NCBI GenBank assembly: GCA_002269645.1
Contig: NIVC01001643.1
Location: 1 to 64,000 of the forward strand
Reading direction: 5' to 3'
Length of the DNA stretch: 64,000 bases
From: Macrostomum lignano
Taxonomy: Eukaryota
Below, one piece after another: positions 48,591 through 64,000 of the stretch (positions within the stretch are counted from its first letter, which is position 1; every line of letters starts with the position of its first letter). A model generated the notes under the pieces. That model was not told the DNA's origin and searched no databases. It was given only the letters and a program-made list of their open reading frames with translations. The position numbers and the translations under genes were made by a program.

Positions 48591-49516
48591 CTAGTTAATA
48601 CTAGAACCGGGTTATGGCCTATCTATAATATATCTATGTATATTTAGTTCACTGTGTCGTTTAAGTTCGCAAATCAGTAATGACTGCTGAACACCATTTC
48701 GACTTGTTTTTTCGAATTGCTGTGAAGTTGAGTTCACAAACTGTCTCGTCTCGACGAAAACGGCGACCCCGCGCCGGGTAGCCAAAATGACGGCAGTTGA
48801 AGCACGCCTATCAGATTTGTAGAAGCCGCTGTAGATTTTAGACTTAAAATCGTGAGAAAACGGTCATGTTTAGATAGCTTATCAAAAAACACTCGCGACT
48901 TATAATCAATAAACTTATAAATATCAATAGTATTGCGGTGTCAATACGACTATTCTGAACAAGCAATTTTTCACTCGTCTGTCAAAACCAAATCAGCAAA
49001 AATATCTTACTGCGTGTCATGTAAGTGCGAACTGTTGTTATGTGTTTGTCGTCTAATAAAGCTCTTGAAGGCTCCCTTAAAGTTAGAGATCAGCAAATCA
49101 ATGACGATATATTTATTCTTCTTAAGTACATGTAGTCCTTGTTAAGAATTTTATCAAGATGGATTCAATACATGTCTCTGCTCGTATTGTACGGCAGCAA
49201 CATTTTAAAATGACATTTGCCTTGGTTCGTTTGAGCTCCCATTTACGTAGTCCATCATATCAGCTCCATCTTCCACTCATGGCTTTTGCCATCTATACAT
49301 AGACAACTAAACATAGTTTGTAGCTTCGCTTTTATTTTCTAAGAATTTCATTTAGTTACGAGAGTTATCATATGTAGAAAACGCATTTAATATTTTATTA
49401 CGATTACAATTACGATAGGTTTTCTATATAAAAATGTAACGTATCTTTTTGATGTGCTCAATAATGTTTAACATTAAGAACTATCAACATCTAAAGCAAC
49501 ATGTTATTGCATCCAA

Positions 49517-50590
49517 ATGCGACGTCAGTAGGTCATAGAGTGAGAACATTGTCACAGGGACCAATGCATGAAGCATACAAAATAACGGTAGGCACCTGTC
49601 TTTCAGGAATTCATCCGGTGTGACCGCGCTAATTGTTCTGCTCTGCATCGCTGCCAGCCACCAGCAGCTTCCCAGTCTACCAGAAGAGTTCTTCCGCTGC
49701 ATCTGCCTGGTCGAGTCCAACTGCAACAACAACATCGGCTGCGTTCCCGACCCCGACACCCTGTCCTGCGGTCCCTACCAGATTAAGAACGCCTTCTGGA
49801 TCGACGCGTCACAGTTTGCTGGCCGAAACATTGGCGGAAGTGAGTTACTGCATGTAGCTACAAAGGGGGGTTGCAGTCTGGTGGTCAGAGCGTCAGACTC
49901 ACGACTGAAAGGTCGGGGGTTCGATTCTTGATCCCACTGAAACAATATGTGTCCTTGAGCAAGACACTTAACACTGCATTGCTTCAGTTCACCTAGCTGT
50001 AAAAGGGGTGCCAGCTAATGGGTAATTGAGGGTGTGTGTGGCGACCCCCAGTCCCTGGAATGAACAGCCGTACGCAGCCTTCAGATGCGCCGCGCAATTA
50101 TAGCTGCGGCTGAGCTGTCGATTGCACATCTGGCCTAATTGGGGCAGGTGTAATCAATTTTTATAATATTTTATTACTATGAAAAACGTTTTCGTTGAAT
50201 GACGTCACTACAGATGCTCACTATCTAATATAATAAGTCTACTATAGGAATTTTATAAAATCTTGGTTTTGATTGGTTAGCCAAAATAACAAATGATTCC
50301 AGGCTGGCTGGAGTGCACCACCGGTAGAAACAACCAGGCTTGCTCGCGCGAGACTATGCTCTACTATTTTGCTAGATACGGCAGGTACTGCACTAACAAT
50401 AGGCCGCCGACTCTTCAGGTGAGATGCCAATCTAAATAACGTTTATTATTGCGATGAATAATACACCTGCCTATACTCATTCGTTGACTAGGATTACGCC
50501 AGGATTCACAACGGGGGACCGTTGGGCTGCAGGCACCATTACACTGCTGGCTATTGGGACAAGGTGCGCAGCTGCCTCGAACCTCGTTAA
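49517..50590 (+). CDS. i-type (invertebrate) lysozyme/destabilase; exons 49517..49527 (tentative), 49607..49839, 50303..50418, 50492..50590; ~152 aa
   Basis: CICLVESNC, IGC..D..TLSCGPYQIK..FWID, W.EC....ACS, RYGRYC....PT.QDYARIHNGGPLGC and YWDKVRSC are diagnostic. Splice phases match. Catalytic Glu (VES) and Asp are retained. Confidence 0.93.
49865..50160 (+). mobile_element. Full-length tRNA-derived CORE-type SINE in a lysozyme intron
   Basis: Head TGGTGGTCAGAGCGTCAGACTCACGAC...GGTTCGATTC; GTGTCCTTGAGCAAGACACTTAAC...CTTCAGTTCACCTAGCTGTAAAAGGGG resembles the MIR CORE; shared tail. Confidence 0.85.
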
Positions 50591-51365
50591 TTACGACAGA
50601 ACTAATCGATTCAAAAAAATCTTTGCTTCGGAATAATGCTGTGTCTGGAGTGAACTTGATGATAATTGCAAATAAACGAGGATTCCAAATTTAATTAGGA
50701 AAATCGGTCAAATATTCAAACTTTAATAGCAACTTCCTCCCAGCATCTATACTTTTACCAGCATCGAATTGTTGTAGTAACTAACTAAAATTCTCACATA
50801 ACTAAAACAAAATTAATCTATGTAGTTAGATACGTTGTTTAACTGAACTGAGAAGCCCCATATTGCATGTGCATGCATGTTAAATCAGAGCTCAATGATT
50901 TCAGTTCTGGTTTCAGTGAAATAAGCCTGTAATGTTTTAGAAGCATTTTAGGAGCTGCAAAAAGTGAGTCTACAAAAACTTTCTAAGAAATGATTTGCCC
51001 ATTGAAACGGAAGTCTCGTCCTGGTTCTCCAGATGAAACTTAGCGCCCCACCACCAAAATTATATTTATGAGTATGCATTTTGATTAGAGTCATATCAGA
51101 AATTAAAAAGGAAAATTCGAGAGAGCTATCACGTTTTATCAGATCTTAAATAAAATTATTAGTTTTAATAACTTTACAGTCTATCTGAATAAAGCAATAT
51201 AGCATTGGCCGAAAATTATAACAAAATTTGATATATACGAGCGTACTTTTACCGATGAAAATACGTGTGCATTAACTTGAAACTTGCACGAAAAAAGTTA
51301 AACAAAATTGTCGAACGAATGGGTTTGCATCGACATCAAATGTGCCATGGCATCGCTAACACATT

Positions 51366-60709
<9,344 letters not shown>

Positions 60710-61574
60710 TTCTCGATTGTTTCAGTTTGTTAAGTCGCTAATCTCCGCGTCAGACAGACCACAGAGCTGACAAACTGAATTCTCTCAGTGGTGGTTTAAG
60801 CTGGCTGTTTGACAATAGGGCGGCTGCTGCGGGTTATACAGCTCAACACCCATCACAGTCCAAGTCGAATCTCTGAGCAGTCCTCTCTCTGAGAAGAAAA
60901 CCAACTAACTAAAAGAAGACGAGATTAAAATGAAGCAGAGAGAGAGAGAGGGAGAGAGAAAAGAAGCGCTCTCTTCAAATGGATTCTGTCTGCGTACATA
61001 GCTAGAAAGGCCATTGTGCTCGTGAGACTATACATTTTCATAGAGTGAGTAAACACGCAGAACAGTTCAACAGAACTATAGAGTTTTCCTCAGCATGACT
61101 CCGAGTGAGAGAATGACGCTGACACAGTACAGAAAAATGTTGCTTCAATGTTTTTAGACGGCAAATGTCTATACATATACAAAGAACTCTGTTACAAAGA
61201 TGATAATACAAGTTTTCGTTATTATCGTCAAATATGTGAAATATACTGAAATTCTAGATCCTTGGACAATCTGTTGTACATGCAGTTATCTACTAATTTG
61301 TTGACAAAATCAACTTTCGAAATAAACTAGCAATCTTGAGCTTCCTATAGGGGCGGCCAATAAGCAAGGCGCAAAGTTTATATATGCAAATCCATTAAAA
61401 AGCTCATTTTCTTGAGAATCTATTCCTTCTTCAGTTTTATAAGTCACCTTATTCGAGTAAAATTGTCACGGACAATGGTGTTTGCTGAATCTCTTTTTTT
61501 AAAGTAACAAAAGGACAATAAAATGAAGCCTTCACAAAGATAGCAGGCATTCCCCTTAAATACTTTGTAGAAAG

Positions 61575-61826
61575 CATGCATCCCCCAGACAGCAAGCATC
61601 TCCCTAAATAGCAAGCATGCCCAGACAGCAAGCATCCCCCAGACAGCAAGCATCTCCCTAAAAAGCAAGCATCTCCCTAAAAAGCAAGCATCTCCCTAAA
61701 AAGCAAGCATCTCCCTAAAAAGCAAGCATGCCCAGATAGCAAGCATCCCCAGATAGCAAGCACCCCCAGATAGCAAGCATCCCCCAGATAGCAAGCATCC
61801 CCCAGATAGCAAACATCCCCAGATAG
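61575..61826. repeat. 18-19-bp minisatellite (CAGATAGCAAGCATCCCC / CTAAAAAGCAAGCATCTCC)
   Basis: Direct tandem repeat. Confidence 0.85.
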
Positions 61827-62689
61827 CAGGCTCATAGTCAAATGCTTTCGTAGCACGCACTATAACTCCTATGGCGAAGTCCTTTGTCTTATGGCAAAAT
61901 CCAAATGAAGAAAAGCAAATTTTTGTGAAAGCTGTACGATTAAAGTTCAAAACTACTAATAGTAGTTTGATGGAACACTCACTTTACACCAAAAATGCTT
62001 TCATTACTCGAATTGAACTTTCTTCTACGAGCTAAAAGCAGAACTTAATTGATTGTCCATTGTCCCACAACTCGACAATTTTCATACGGAAAACTCCGAG
62101 CTCTCCTTCGATTAAATAATCCAGCTCAAGCAATTGGAAATGGAATTACACGACCTCATTGCCCTCTGATATTGCTGGCTGATAAGAGGCGTAGAGATCA
62201 AGGATCCGACATGACGCACGGGCTCGCGCAAATCAAATCCGGACTAATTAATTTGCTCAGCTAGGAGATTTTTTCTTTCTACCTCAGCAACCACCCAACG
62301 GTGCGGTCCGTCCGACTCTTTGATCTCTGCGGCAGAGGGTATAGGAGAAGGAATTAACAGGGGAGGGGGTTAGACGGAGAAAAAGCTGGCCTCAATATGA
62401 ATTATTCTGCCCAGTTGCGCTAATCCCGTACAACTGGCTCATAAAACTTGGCGGATATTTTCCACTCTAAGCTCAGCGACTCTCGATAGGCTATCCATTG
62501 AGTAGCAATCAAATTTGATTTCAACCATCAAACTTATTATTGGCGAGAATAAATAATCACCCACCTGCCATATGTGAGGAGACAAAATCTACATAGGCAG
62601 TTCCGATTCCCCATCAATATTATCCATCTAAATTTCTCAGTCTTTAGAGAAGCCGCAAGTCAGAAGATAAATATATAATTTGAGAAATA

Positions 62690-63255
<566 letters not shown>

Positions 63256-63626
63256 GTAGACAGGCAGCATAGGAGTGGGTGATACGGAATCGCAATTAAA
63301 GAAGAAAGATGTGTACGCAAATAGAGATAAAGACCAGCTCAGGGGGGACTTGTTACTACGCTCGTACGATCCAATCGGAAGGCAGCAGTTATTGAGCATA
63401 TTCTGACCAATTGCAAGACTCTCCAACTGAAATATACAGAGCGATTGCTTCTAGAAAGTTTCTATTTTCCAAAGCGGAAACTCCTGAGAGCTCCGAACAC
63501 CCTCGTTTAATAGCCGCTGAAATGAAAACGTCGAACTACCGATTTTTGCAATGATACAAGTACATTAGGTACTAATCAAACAATTTGATAATTCTTGCGA
63601 ACGAAGACGCTGTTGAAAAAACCAGC

Positions 63627-63923
63627 ATGAACTCCGAGCACCGGCGAGAAATGCTGGAGAAGCTGCTAGTCTATGGCCCGAACCAGACTTGGGCCCGCAA
63701 CGTCAGCGCGGCGGTAAGTTCGACGCTAGTCAACAATACTCTGGCTGGAACTCTGTCTGCGGCTAATGACACGAACAGTTGGATGCACCCTGTGCTGTTT
63801 CAAGCTCGATATAACACAGTGCACATTGTGGTTACTAGCGTCATCCTGGCTGTTATCATTCTCTGCACGATTATTGGAAACGTATTCGTGGTGGCGGCTA
63901 TCATATTGGAGAAAAATCTTCAG
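63627..63923 (+). CDS. First coding exon of a 5-HT1-type serotonin (biogenic amine) GPCR; the gene continues beyond the window
   Basis: N-terminus with several N-x-S/T sites, then TM1 VVTSVILAVIILCTIIGNVFVVAAIILEKNLQ, which matches invertebrate 5-HT1 receptors (..IGNVFVIAAIILERNLQNVANY). Donor CAG|GTAAGA at 63924. Confidence 0.85.
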
Positions 63924-64000
63924 GTAAGACAGTAGCTTGTGTCTTCAATTTGACGATTGTGTTCTCAAGTTCACGATTGTGACTTCAAGTTGATGATTGT

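Noticed and set aside
49865-49935. Additional tRNA genes at SINE heads (also ~20965 and ~48540)
   Set aside because: They have A/B-box-like motifs but no acceptor stem, and run straight into SINE body sequence.

Overview
Repeat-rich animal genomic DNA with spliceosomal GT-AG introns and no prokaryotic features. The very short introns, intronic minisatellites and gene content suggest a free-living flatworm such as Macrostomum; this is inference only. Hand-built, frame-consistent gene models: a class A GPCR (GPR161-like), a tailless/TLX nuclear receptor, tRNA-Gly(GCC), a >=16-exon polytopic membrane protein (weakly pecanex-4-like), a REEP/DP1 protein, an acidic secreted protein, a kelch-repeat protein, an i-type lysozyme, a divergent ionotropic glutamate receptor, and the first coding exon of a 5-HT1-type receptor. 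Mobile DNA: gypsy integrase and Tc1 relics, three non-autonomous Helitrons (two fused head-to-tail), CORE-type tRNA SINEs, two 8-bp-TSD MITEs, and an RNase H-bearing LINE fragment. The most notable object is a young, pol-less LTR retrotransposon (36796-41794) nested in a hAT-type MITE. It carries an extra unknown ORF behind its own GC-box/TATA promoter, a duplicated histone-type 3' stem-loop on the antisense strand, and a second LTR-end/PBS copy inside each LTR. Across the window, nearly every large intron holds its own private tandem repeat, usually G-poor on the sense strand, and some arrays overlap the splice sites themselves. All family assignments come from recalled motifs; no database searches were run.
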